This document shows positions 28,611-37,199 of a stretch of DNA of 64,000 nt, in pieces. The position numbers were made by a program, and so were the translations under genes. Within the stretch, counting starts at the first letter, position 1. Every line of letters begins with the position of its first letter. The notes below the pieces were generated by a model. That model was not told the DNA's origin. It ran no database searches and worked only from the letters and a program-made list of their open reading frames with translations. The DNA lies in assembly GCA_017610385.1 (NCBI GenBank), contig JAFCCC010000002.1:112424-176423 (forward strand), in the 5' to 3' direction. This stretch comes from Candidatus Nanohalarchaeota archaeon (lineage in GTDB: Archaea; Nanohalarchaeota; Nanosalinia; Nanosalinales; JAFCCC01).

Positions 28611-28651
28611 TTCCTTTAGTTTTTAATACAAAACATTTAAATACGTTAAAT

Positions 28652-28944
28652 TCCGAGCGTTCGGATAAGCTTTTTGCACAAAAGTAAAGGCGCAAAAATC
28701 TTAAGCAAATAAGCCTTTTTAGTAAAAGGCTTAAGCGAAAATTAAACAGCGAGTTACGAGTATAACTCACTAAGCCTTTTTAGTAAAAGGCTTAAGCGAA
28801 AAGAAAATGAGCTTTTCAGATAAAAGCTCACGGAAACTTGTTAAGTTTCCTAAATCGGAAATTAATGCATTTCCAATTCAAGCAAAATAAGCGTTTTGCA
28901 CAAAAGTAAACGTGCAAAAATCTTAAGCAAAAATACGTTACCAC
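28652..28944 (+). repeat. Mosaic array of palindromic modules (G-A-B-C-B-D-A-E)
   Basis: Modules recur at 30367-30578 and 63774-64000; 80-nt module D at 28808-28887 is identical to 30441-30520. Confidence 0.92.
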
Positions 28945-29127
28945 CAAGCGTTTTTAAAGAACGGTTTAATCCAAATTAATCTTAATCACATGAAGGCAAT
29001 TACCAACTTAAGTGACATTCCTTTGCAAATCCATTTTACAAGACCACGCACAAGAAAATAAATAAAAATAAAACAAAACGAAATACACTTAAAGTTGTAA
29101 AGTAATTACTTACTCAGGGTAAAAACA

Positions 29128-29580
29128 ATGGATTACAAACTTACGCAAGCAGAAAAAGAAGATTTAATCCAACTCGGTCTTGAAACAGAATTCAACTTTG
29201 ATTGTGATGATTTAGACGAAGGTCAACGTGGATCTTACATTCCAAAAATCTTCGAAAGATCAGAAACACCAGGTTATTCTGTCGTGATTCAAAATGGTCG
29301 CCTTTTAGTGGTGGCGGATGACTCTGGTCAAGAATATGTTGCAGTTGCAGCATCATCCCAGTTAACTACCGATGATTTTGCTACAGAAAAATCTCAAAAT
29401 GCTGAAAAAATGTTTGATGAACTATTTTTGGCGGACGAACAAGGAGATCTTTTACCAAAATCAAGAGAAGAAGAAATTTCGGCATTTTTGAATGGCGTCA
29501 AAAAAGAACTTGGAAGAATGTATGATAAATCACAAAAAGACTACGAACAGTGGAAAAAAGAACAGGAAACAGAAGTATAA
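29128..29580 (+). CDS. Acidic hypothetical protein
   Basis: 150-aa ORF; no recognised motif. Confidence 0.7.
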   Translation: MDYKLTQAEKEDLIQLGLETEFNFDCDDLDEGQRGSYIPKIFERSETPGYSVVIQNGRLLVVADDSGQEYVAVAASSQLTTDDFATEKSQNAEKMFDELFLADEQGDLLPKSREEEISAFLNGVKKELGRMYDKSQKDYEQWKKEQETEV

Positions 29581-29685
29581 TAAATTAAATTAAAAACAAA
29601 ACATATTCTGTTCAAATTAGAAATTTCTATTGAGTTTTGAAAATCAAGAAATACCTTTAAAAGCTTTGCGATAGTATATTGAATT

Positions 29686-29799
29686 GTTGGCGGTCACAGC
29701 GAAGGGGCCACACCCGTACCCATTTCGAACACGGAAGTTAAGCCCTTCAGCGATTCGAACAGTACTTTCTTCGGAAGGGAAAATCGAGACGCTGCCAGC
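29686..29799 (+). rRNA. rrf: 5S rRNA (stand-alone)
   Basis: GTTGGCGG/CTGCCAGC terminal helix; conserved CACCCGTACCCATTTCGAACACGGAAGTTAAGC; TATA-like CTTTAAAA near 29656; T-rich run after the gene. Confidence 0.93.
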
Positions 29800-29816
29800 T
29801 TATTTTTACTTTTACT

Positions 29817-30275
29817 CTACTGTGTGAGGTTCATTGGCAAGTGAGAGAGTAGATCTTTTAATTCTGAGAGATTTTTTGTGTTGTTTAAGGGCAATCCACT
29901 AAAAATTTCTTTAAGGTTTCCTATACGCGGAATAAAGAACTCTTTAATGGCAAAAAATGCAAAAATCAATAAAATAGTCATAACAATGGATAAAATTAAT
30001 CCAATTATGCTTGTAATTAAACCAGCAGTTCCAACACCTGTGGGAGTTCTCTTTTGTTGAACAGCGCTAAATACTATTCCGAAGATTCCAAGAATAATTC
30101 CAATAGGCGGCAGAAGCGTTATACACACCAAACTTAAAATTCCAAGAACTAATCCTGTAATACCAAAACCATTTCCATATTCTTTTTTGGTAGGTTTTTT
30201 AGATTCAACTTTTATCACTTTCTTAACTGGTTTTTTAAGAGTTTTTTTAGTTTGTGTTGTTTTCTTTATAGGCAT
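29817..30275 (-). CDS. DUF4190-like membrane protein with a Lys-rich N-terminus
   Basis: GLVLGILS...GI.LGI.GIV and AGLITSIIGL TM pattern. Confidence 0.7.
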   Translation of the reverse strand: MPIKKTTQTKKTLKKPVKKVIKVESKKPTKKEYGNGFGITGLVLGILSLVCITLLPPIGIILGIFGIVFSAVQQKRTPTGVGTAGLITSIIGLILSIVMTILLIFAFFAIKEFFIPRIGNLKEIFSGLPLNNTKNLSELKDLLSHLPMNLTQ

Positions 30276-30366
30276 AAATATATTTAAGGTGAGTGATCAT
30301 TTATTAATTATCCATACTTGCCCTAAACGAAACCTTTAAAAATTCAAGCACAGAATGGTTACAAAG

Positions 30367-30578
30367 TAAGCCTTTTTAGCGAATAAGCTTTTTGCACAAA
30401 AGTAAACGTGCAAAAATCTTAACCAAAAATACGTTACCACTGAGCTTTTCAGATAAAAGCTCACGGAAACTTGTTAAGTTTCCTAAATCGGAAATTAATG
30501 CATTTCCAATTCAAGCAAAATAAGCCGTTTAATAAAGGCTTAAGCGAATAAGCTTTTCAAATAAAGGCTTAAGCAAAA
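30367..30578 (+). repeat. Mosaic palindromic array (partial B, A-E-D-B-B) upstream of tRNA-Asp
   Basis: Same modules as 28652-28944 in a different order. Confidence 0.92.
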
Positions 30579-30619
30579 TAAAAACAAAAATCCTAAACCC
30601 AAAATTAAAAATAGATGAT

Positions 30620-30754
30620 GCCTCGGTAGTGTAGTGAAGTTTATGTCTTTTTGACAAACTCTATAGGCCCATCATACACGCCTGTCAATCCGCAAAAGAA
30701 GGAGCTTTGTGGAACAGATCGCGTGTGACACGGGTTCGACTCCCGTTCGAGGCG
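30620..30754 (+). tRNA. tRNA-Asp(GTC) with two introns: 30637-30666 (D loop, about 18/19) and 30688-30719 (37/38)
   Basis: Acceptor GCCTCGG/TCGAGGC-G; both introns have BHB geometry (GTAG/CTAT with AGTTT/AAACT; CTGT/ACAG with TCCGCAAA/TTTGTGGA). Confidence 0.9.
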
Positions 30755-30787
30755 CTCTTTAATTATTCTAAAGTTTCATTACTAAAT

Positions 30788-30925
30788 ATGAATATTTTTC
30801 TAACATTTGTGTGGATTTATGCGGCCATGTTTGCGATGTCGTTTTAGGAGGCGTATGTAGAAGGAAGAATGCGCGGATAAAGGGAAAATTGAGTTAGAAA
30901 TACAATATAACAAAAAAGTTATGGG
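30788..30925 (+). pseudogene. Decayed 5' copy of the membrane protein gene at 31370
   Basis: Translates MNIFLTFVWIYAAMFAMSF*EAYVEGR, versus MNIWLIFVWIYAAMFAMSFWESYVEGR at 31370; TGG>TAG stop, then a frameshift. Confidence 0.85.
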
Positions 30926-30981
30926 GGTGTTTGGTTTAACTCAAAAAAACAAAGTTAAAAAAAGAAAAAACAGAAGAGAAC

Positions 30982-31104
30982 TTAGTCCTCTTCATCAGAT
31001 TCATCGAAGTCAGGGTCGTCGCCTTCTTCAGGTTTTTTTGTACCTTCTTCTGGTTCCTTTTCTTCTTCGTCATCTTCTTCTAAAAAGTCGAAATTGAATC
31101 TCAT
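30982..31104 (-). CDS. 40-aa highly acidic microprotein (not in the ORF track)
   Basis: MRFNFDFLEEDDEEEKEPEEGTKKPEEGDDPDFDESDEED; SD-like GAGTTGA upstream; T-rich tract after the stop. Confidence 0.6.
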   Translation of the reverse strand: MRFNFDFLEEDDEEEKEPEEGTKKPEEGDDPDFDESDEED

Positions 31105-31369
31105 TTTTATCAACTCTTCCTCAGTTTGAGGAGCATAATCTTCTACAATTAAATACTAAACGGAATTGTCTTCGTAGAAGTTTTTTGATATTCGATAATT
31201 AATCGATTTTTGTTATAACTAACTTTAATAGATTAAATCAGTTTCGATTTTTCTGACTTTGCACATAAGCTCTGAGTTTATTATAGAAAATGATTAATTT
31301 GTATAAAAAACAGGTTTTTCTTAAGTGTTTTTAGAATTACATTTAAACTGAAAAATGTAATTTTTATAG

Positions 31370-31813
31370 ATGAATATCTGGTTAATTTTTGTTTGGATAT
31401 ATGCCGCTATGTTTGCAATGTCTTTTTGGGAATCATATGTTGAAGGTAGAAAAGCGTGGACAAAAGGAAAACTTGGTTGGAAATGGAAAATAACTAGAAG
31501 GCTTTGTTTTGACGGATATCATTTTTATTTGGATATAATCATGTTGCCTTTGTTAATTATGCTTCCTTTAGTTGTTTTTGGATGGGATCAAAGGATTTTT
31601 GGAGTCTTACTCAGCGCATATTTTTCCGGAACAATAGTCGAAGATTTTGGATGGTATATAGTTAATCCAAAAGTTAAATTAAGAGAATTTTGGAGTTCTT
31701 TTTCAGATTATTATCCTTGGATTAAAATTGGAAAAAAGAAAATACTTCCTTGGGGGTATGTTATAGCAATTGTAATTTCAATTCTTTCTTGGTACTTTTT
31801 GTGGAGGTTGTGA
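31370..31813 (+). CDS. Hypothetical integral membrane protein (Trp-rich)
   Basis: About four TM segments; YH and EDFGWY..NP motifs. Confidence 0.75.
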   Translation: MNIWLIFVWIYAAMFAMSFWESYVEGRKAWTKGKLGWKWKITRRLCFDGYHFYLDIIMLPLLIMLPLVVFGWDQRIFGVLLSAYFSGTIVEDFGWYIVNPKVKLREFWSSFSDYYPWIKIGKKKILPWGYVIAIVISILSWYFLWRL

Positions 31814-32991
31814 TGCACAAAAAGGGGGTTATTATGATTGTAGTTGTAGTGCTCCTTTTTTTAATTGTTTTTGGGTTTAAATACAAACAAGAATCAACAG
31901 AAGTTTTCGGGGTTTCAAGAAGCGGCGTAATTCAGGGAAACGAAGTGTGGTCTAAAACAATTTATATTACAGGGGATACAATTGTTCCAAAAGGAATAAC
32001 GGTTATTATAAAGCCGGGAACCAAAATTTTAATAAAGGCGAATTATGACGACCAAAATGAGGGGGGAAATCACATAATTGATGAAGTAACATATAATGAT
32101 CCTACTTCAAGCACAGAATACACTTCAATGCATGCACATTTTTTTATACATGGGAAATTAATCGCTGTTGGTACTCCAGAAGAAAAAATAATTTTTACCT
32201 CTGATTCAGAAGATCCGAAACACACGGACTGGGATGGCATAACCTTTGAGTCCACTAGTTCTGGAGAGATGAAATATTGCATCATAGAGTGGGCACATAC
32301 TGGACCAGCAATACATAGAACAAACAAAGTAAATATTTCTTATTGTGAAATTAAACACATTTTTTGGGGTGGTTTACATGCTTTTGAAAGTTCGCCAACT
32401 TTTGAATATAATCTTTTAGATGATATTGGTCACGAAGCTTTTGACACGCACAAAGCAAGCCCAATGATTCGATTTAATAATATAAGCCACGCAAGAACAG
32501 GCGCTGTATTTAATTATTATGATCTTTCCACACAAAAGCCATTGATATTTGAAAACAACATTATTGAAAACAGTGGTAATTTAGCAGCATTGCAAGAGAA
32601 TGCAAAGGTCATTATCAGAAACAATAAATTTATTGGTTCTAAAGATACTGGCGGACCGTGGCAGTACAAGGGATTTACATTATTTTCTGAGGAATATTCA
32701 AATGGGTTTTTATTGACAGATAACGTTGGCGTTGAAATAACTAACAATATTTTTGTGGGAATTGAAAATGCAATAAGCTATAAACGAATCGGGCCGAATG
32801 CGGGCGTAGGTCATACAACGAATATTCCAGAACCTTTTGAAATTGGAGAAAATCCAATTAGAATTCTAATAAAAAATAATTATTTTGATGACCTGCGAAC
32901 TGAGAAACAATTGGAAGAAATAGAAGAAAAGTGGGAAAATGTTGAACTCATTAATAATTCTTTTGGAGATTCTGAACAAAGCTTTCCTTAA
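31813..32991 (+). CDS. Membrane-anchored right-handed parallel beta-helix protein (start taken at ATG 31813)
   Basis: N-terminal TM; G.L.A.GT....I.FTS...P...DW.GI; repeated I..N.I/F motifs. Confidence 0.75.
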   Translation: MHKKGVIMIVVVVLLFLIVFGFKYKQESTEVFGVSRSGVIQGNEVWSKTIYITGDTIVPKGITVIIKPGTKILIKANYDDQNEGGNHIIDEVTYNDPTSSTEYTSMHAHFFIHGKLIAVGTPEEKIIFTSDSEDPKHTDWDGITFESTSSGEMKYCIIEWAHTGPAIHRTNKVNISYCEIKHIFWGGLHAFESSPTFEYNLLDDIGHEAFDTHKASPMIRFNNISHARTGAVFNYYDLSTQKPLIFENNIIENSGNLAALQENAKVIIRNNKFIGSKDTGGPWQYKGFTLFSEEYSNGFLLTDNVGVEITNNIFVGIENAISYKRIGPNAGVGHTTNIPEPFEIGENPIRILIKNNYFDDLRTEKQLEEIEEKWENVELINNSFGDSEQSFP

Positions 32992-33034
32992 AAAGCTAAG
33001 CTTTATATGGTAGTCCCTTTAAAGTATTGTTATT

Positions 33035-33190
33035 ATGAGAAAAATAGCAGCCAGAAGAAGACAAGTTGCAAGTATTGATCGGGCAAGAGAACTTCGAATG
33101 GACGCGGCAGTAAGAAGGACTAGAATGAGAAGAGCTGCAGCATATCGATCCAGTTCTATACGAAGATCAAGAAGCGCCGTTAGGAAATAA
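33035..33190 (+). CDS. 51-aa Arg-rich microprotein (not in the ORF track)
   Basis: MRKIAARRRQVASIDRARELRMDAAVRRTRMRRAAAYRSSSIRRSRSAVRK; TATA box CTTTATAT at 33001-33008. Confidence 0.65.
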   Translation: MRKIAARRRQVASIDRARELRMDAAVRRTRMRRAAAYRSSSIRRSRSAVRK

Positions 33191-33298
33191 GACTAAAAGT
33201 TTTAAGAAGCTTTTTAGTTGTATTTTAATTTTTATAGGTTTTGAACTCTTTAAAGAAGTATGACTTTAAAGAAATTTCAGATGGTTTTATAAAGAGGT

Positions 33299-33868
33299 TT
33301 GGTCAAGTTTAATTTTATGTGGTTTATTTGGACATTAATTGCCCTTGCAATTCTATTCGTAACTGCGTTTACTAGTTATTTTAATAAAATTGTTCGCTTT
33401 GAAAATAGGATAGATAATTCTTGGCAACAGATTGATGTTCAATTGAAAAAAAGGGCCGATTTGGTTCCTAATTTAGTAGAAACAGTTAAAGGATATGCTA
33501 AACACGAGAAGAAGATTATGGAAGAGGTTTCTACAGCTCGTGAAAGAATGGTGAATGCAGGAACTTTTGATGAAAAGGTTAAGGCAGGAAATGTTTTGGG
33601 AAATGCCTTAAGATCTGTTTTTGCTATCGCAGAAAATTATCCAACGTTAAAGGCTAATGAAAATTTTAAACAATTACAAGAAGAACTTTCTGCAATAGAA
33701 AATAAAATTGCATATGCACGACAACATTATAATGATTCTGTTTTAGTTTTTAATAATACAATTGAAACCTTTCCAGGAAACATTTTTGCAGGATTCATGA
33801 ATAAAAAAGAAAGAAAAGGATTGGAAATAACAACTGCTGAAAGAGAACTTCCGAAGGTTTCATTCTAA
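33299..33868 (+). CDS. lemA: LemA family protein
   Basis: W.QIDVQL..R.DLVPNLV.TVKGYA.HE, AENYP.LKANENF..LQ, FP. Confidence 0.95.
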   Translation: MVKFNFMWFIWTLIALAILFVTAFTSYFNKIVRFENRIDNSWQQIDVQLKKRADLVPNLVETVKGYAKHEKKIMEEVSTARERMVNAGTFDEKVKAGNVLGNALRSVFAIAENYPTLKANENFKQLQEELSAIENKIAYARQHYNDSVLVFNNTIETFPGNIFAGFMNKKERKGLEITTAERELPKVSF

Positions 33869-34765
33869 TTGGTTAAAATGCTATTAGAAGAGCAAATTTC
33901 TTCAAATAAACGAAAATCTGTGTTCTTATTAATTTTCATTCCCGCGATTTTGTTTGGTTTGGTTTATCTAATTGGGAGGTTCTTCTTTGCTGGAAATGTT
34001 ATTCTATCGTGGTTCATTGGTTTTATTATTGTATTAGTATATTCCTTAAGTTCGTATTATGCCAGTGATCAAATGGTATTAAAAGCAGTTAAAGCAAAAA
34101 ACGCGGATAAAATTCGGCATAAACGACTTTATGATTTAATGGAAGGTCTTTGTTTGGGTTCTGGAATGCCTATGCCTAAATTGTATGTTCAGAAAAGTGA
34201 TATGATTAATGCTTTTGCGACTGGTAGAGACCCACAACACGGAAAAGTCTGTGTAACAACTGGAGCTATAGAGAAATTAAATAAAACAGAATTAGAGGGT
34301 GTTTTAGCTCATGAACTATCTCACATAAGAAATTATGATATTCGTTTTATGACCTTGATTGTTGCGATGGTTGGCGCAATAAGTTTGTTGGCAGCAATAT
34401 TTTGGAGAGGAACCTTATATGGGGTTGGCAATAACAATAGAAAATCTCAGGGAAATGCCGCAATAATTATGTTAATTATTGGTGTAGCTTTTGCGATTTT
34501 GGCTCCGTTATTTGCGAAATTAATTCAACTAGCAGTTTCAAGAAAAAGAGAATATTTGGCAGATGCAAGCGGAGCTCATTTAACGAGATATCCCGAAGGA
34601 TTGGCCTCTGCACTAGAAAAAATTAAAGGTGAAAATAAAAAAATGAAAGTTGAACAATCTGTTTCTCCCTTGTATTTTTCAGACCCGTTTAAGAAAAAAG
34701 TTAATAGTTTATTTGCAACGCATCCTTCAATAGATAAAAGAATATCTGCATTACGAAAAATGTAA
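33869..34765 (+). CDS. htpX: Zinc metalloprotease HtpX (M48)
   Basis: NAFATGR, HELSH, SR.REY.AD, THP...RI. Confidence 0.93.
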   Translation: MVKMLLEEQISSNKRKSVFLLIFIPAILFGLVYLIGRFFFAGNVILSWFIGFIIVLVYSLSSYYASDQMVLKAVKAKNADKIRHKRLYDLMEGLCLGSGMPMPKLYVQKSDMINAFATGRDPQHGKVCVTTGAIEKLNKTELEGVLAHELSHIRNYDIRFMTLIVAMVGAISLLAAIFWRGTLYGVGNNNRKSQGNAAIIMLIIGVAFAILAPLFAKLIQLAVSRKREYLADASGAHLTRYPEGLASALEKIKGENKKMKVEQSVSPLYFSDPFKKKVNSLFATHPSIDKRISALRKM

Positions 34766-34858
34766 TTCTAAAACATCTAAATTCAAAAATAGAGTATAGC
34801 ATCTAAATTTTTTTTCAAATAAATGAATTTAAAAGTCAAAATAAAATTATAAGTTATT

Positions 34859-35194
34859 ATGACTTGGTTTTCTTTTTTATCGTTGAGTACCGAACCTCTG
34901 AAAAATATTCTTTGGTTTTTAGAGAATCCTTCTCACGGAGAAAGACTAGTGAATGCACTTTATAATTTACCCGTAGAAGTATGCGGAAATAATGGAATTG
35001 CACCGCATCTAATAATCAAAGAAACAACTTATGGCGGCGTAAAAAAAATCGAAATAATGCCTCAGCAAGGTTACAGTCCAATTTCGATTCGATCTGGTGA
35101 GAATCTCATTGAACAGGAAGCATATGAACAAAAAAGTGATGGTTATTTGTTTAGAATAATGTCTTCAAGATTGAACGGTAGCGGGCAATTGTAG
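34859..35194 (+). CDS. Hypothetical protein
   Basis: ORF with a TATA-like element upstream. Confidence 0.5.
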   Translation: MTWFSFLSLSTEPLKNILWFLENPSHGERLVNALYNLPVEVCGNNGIAPHLIIKETTYGGVKKIEIMPQQGYSPISIRSGENLIEQEAYEQKSDGYLFRIMSSRLNGSGQL

Positions 35195-35292
35195 TTACAG
35201 TTATAATAAAATATTTCTCAAAGATGGGAAAGATTTAAAAGATTTAATTCTAAAGTGTATTTTATAAAAATTTTTACAAGGCGCATATTAAG

Positions 35293-35676
35293 ATGAGATT
35301 CAAACTAAAAAACGGTCAGCCCTTTGAAGCAGAAGGAATTAAAGGTCTTCGGTATAATACGAAAGAAGAATATTCTGTCGGATCTGCACAATATATTGAA
35401 GTGAATGGTCGCAGAGAAAAAGTAAGAAGTTTAAATAGCGACAGAATTTATTATGTTATTGAAGGTGAGGGAAATTTTATGGTTGATGGGCAAATTTACC
35501 CTGTTAAAACTTCTGATGTAGTTATAGTCCCAAAAATGAGCCCTTATAATTATTGGGGAACTATGAACTTGTTTTCTATTTATACTCATACAGGAGAACC
35601 AATCGAGGAAGAAAAACTGGAATCTGTTCAAGATGGAATCAGAAAAGTTAGAGTAAGAGTAATTAAGCCAGAATAG
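35293..35676 (+). CDS. Cupin-domain protein
   Basis: YYVIEGEG.F.VDG....V...DVVIVP. Confidence 0.8.
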   Translation: MRFKLKNGQPFEAEGIKGLRYNTKEEYSVGSAQYIEVNGRREKVRSLNSDRIYYVIEGEGNFMVDGQIYPVKTSDVVIVPKMSPYNYWGTMNLFSIYTHTGEPIEEEKLESVQDGIRKVRVRVIKPE

Positions 35677-35732
35677 AGAGATTTATATCTTATTTTTTTA
35701 GATGCATGTAATATTTCTTTAAATAATTGAAG

Positions 35733-36098
35733 TTAGAAAAGGGCTCGAAGTAGTGGTGGTATCAAAATAAAACAAGCGATTATGAGTGATAAAATAATCA
35801 TTGAAAGTACTGCTCCGGCCACAGCATCTTTAATTAAAGCAGTTTCTTCGTCTTTAAATGGAACTAAACGATCTAATAATTTTTCTACAGCCGTATTGAC
35901 GAACTCCAAAGTTGGAATTATAAAAGAAATTATTATGATAATAATTAATTCAATTCTATTAATTCTTAGCAGAACCCCAGAAAATATTGCTAAAGCAGCA
36001 GCAATAAGTTCCATTTTTAAATGTCTGTCGTTGTGGACGCAGTGAATGATTCCTTGAATTGCGTGTTCAATACTGTCTCTGTCAGAGCGTTTTTTCAT
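35733..36098 (-). CDS. DgkA-family (diacylglycerol/undecaprenol) kinase
   Basis: S..HA..G, E..NTAVE.L.D, IKD..AGAVL; three TM helices. Confidence 0.88.
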   Translation of the reverse strand: MKKRSDRDSIEHAIQGIIHCVHNDRHLKMELIAAALAIFSGVLLRINRIELIIIIIISFIIPTLEFVNTAVEKLLDRLVPFKDEETALIKDAVAGAVLSMIILSLIIACFILIPPLLRALF

Positions 36099-36200
36099 AT
36101 TATATCTACATAGAACAGAAACACATAATAATATAAATCCAATTAGTTACACATTGGATAAGGGCAATCTCATGCGAGATTTCCAGGTTTCAAAAATTTT

Positions 36201-36364
36201 GGGCTCGTAGCTCAGTTGGTAGAGCACCAGGCTTTTAACATGTTTTAAAAGCTCTGAGGTCAATTAGACCTGTGATTGGGAGTTACCTGGGTGTCGCGGG
36301 AAGTTTAAAAGTCAGATAACTATCGTTGGCTTTAAACTCGCGAATTCGAGCCCCGTCGGGCCCA
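36201..36364 (+). tRNA. tRNA-Lys(TTT) with two introns: 36238-36284 (37/38) and 36301-36344 (53/54)
   Basis: Acceptor GGGCTCG/CGGGCCC-A; intron 2 has a clean BHB (CGCG/CGCG helix, GGA and AAT bulges, AGTTTAAA/TTTAAACT stem). Confidence 0.9.
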
Positions 36365-36419
36365 AATCATTTTTTTCTTCTATTTTTTATTATATTAAAA
36401 TTAATGTTGTTTCATCAAA

Positions 36420-36980
36420 TTAATTAAGAAGATGCTTCATGAGATTATCTAAATTTTTATATAAGACTTCCACATTATTTTCATTAATAATTCTAAAGTC
36501 TGCTAATTTGGCTGCTTCATAATACTGCAAAGATTCTTCTCGTTTTTCCTGAATCATAAAATCCTGATAATTATCTGTATCCTTTGGCCCAGCTCTTAAT
36601 TTTAGTCTTTCAAATCGGGTTTGAGTTGAGGCGACAATTTCTATAATTTTAAAGTTTTTCTTAAACTCTTTGATTGCGGGAAGAACATCTTCTCTTACTC
36701 TTGGCTCTTTGAAAATAAGTCTCTGACTGTTCATTGTTTGCGCTTTTCTAACTAACTCTTGGGCCCAATAATCCATTCCATATTTTGTTCTAAACTCGAA
36801 GGCAATATCTTGTTGAATTTTTCTATGATTTTTCGCTTTTAAGGACTGACCGCGTTCTAGAATCTTTTCATCAATTAGATCTGCAAAAGAAAGTGCTTTA
36901 AAACCATATTTAGAACACAAATAATCACTAGTTGTATCTTTTCCAGAGCCAATTTTACCGGTTATTGCAAGAACGATCAT
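36420..36980 (-). CDS. P-loop nucleoside/nucleotide kinase-like protein (UPF0200/dephospho-CoA kinase-like)
   Basis: ITGKIGSGKDT Walker A, R..RL..R lid, AD..I.NE. Confidence 0.75.
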   Translation of the reverse strand: MIVLAITGKIGSGKDTTSDYLCSKYGFKALSFADLIDEKILERGQSLKAKNHRKIQQDIAFEFRTKYGMDYWAQELVRKAQTMNSQRLIFKEPRVREDVLPAIKEFKKNFKIIEIVASTQTRFERLKLRAGPKDTDNYQDFMIQEKREESLQYYEAAKLADFRIINENNVEVLYKNLDNLMKHLLN

Positions 36981-37199
36981 TAGAATTTTTATGATATTGG
37001 AACTATTTAAGAATTCGGTTTTGTAAAATAATATTCAATTTTAGAACGATTGTAAGCTGTAAAATAGAAAGTTTATACTAAATCTAAACAAGAAACTATA
37101 TGTACTGGATGAAGAATCTAAAAAATATAAAGAAAATTTGAGGGAGGTTTATTTTATATGCAGAATAAACAAAGCTAAAAGAGGTATAAAGGCAATATT

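Noticed and set aside
28588-28770. 60-aa minus-strand ORF
   Set aside because: It is a translation of the palindromic repeat array.
28652-28944. CRISPR array
   Set aside because: There is no constant repeat with unique spacers; the intervening units are themselves repeated elsewhere, and no cas genes are present.
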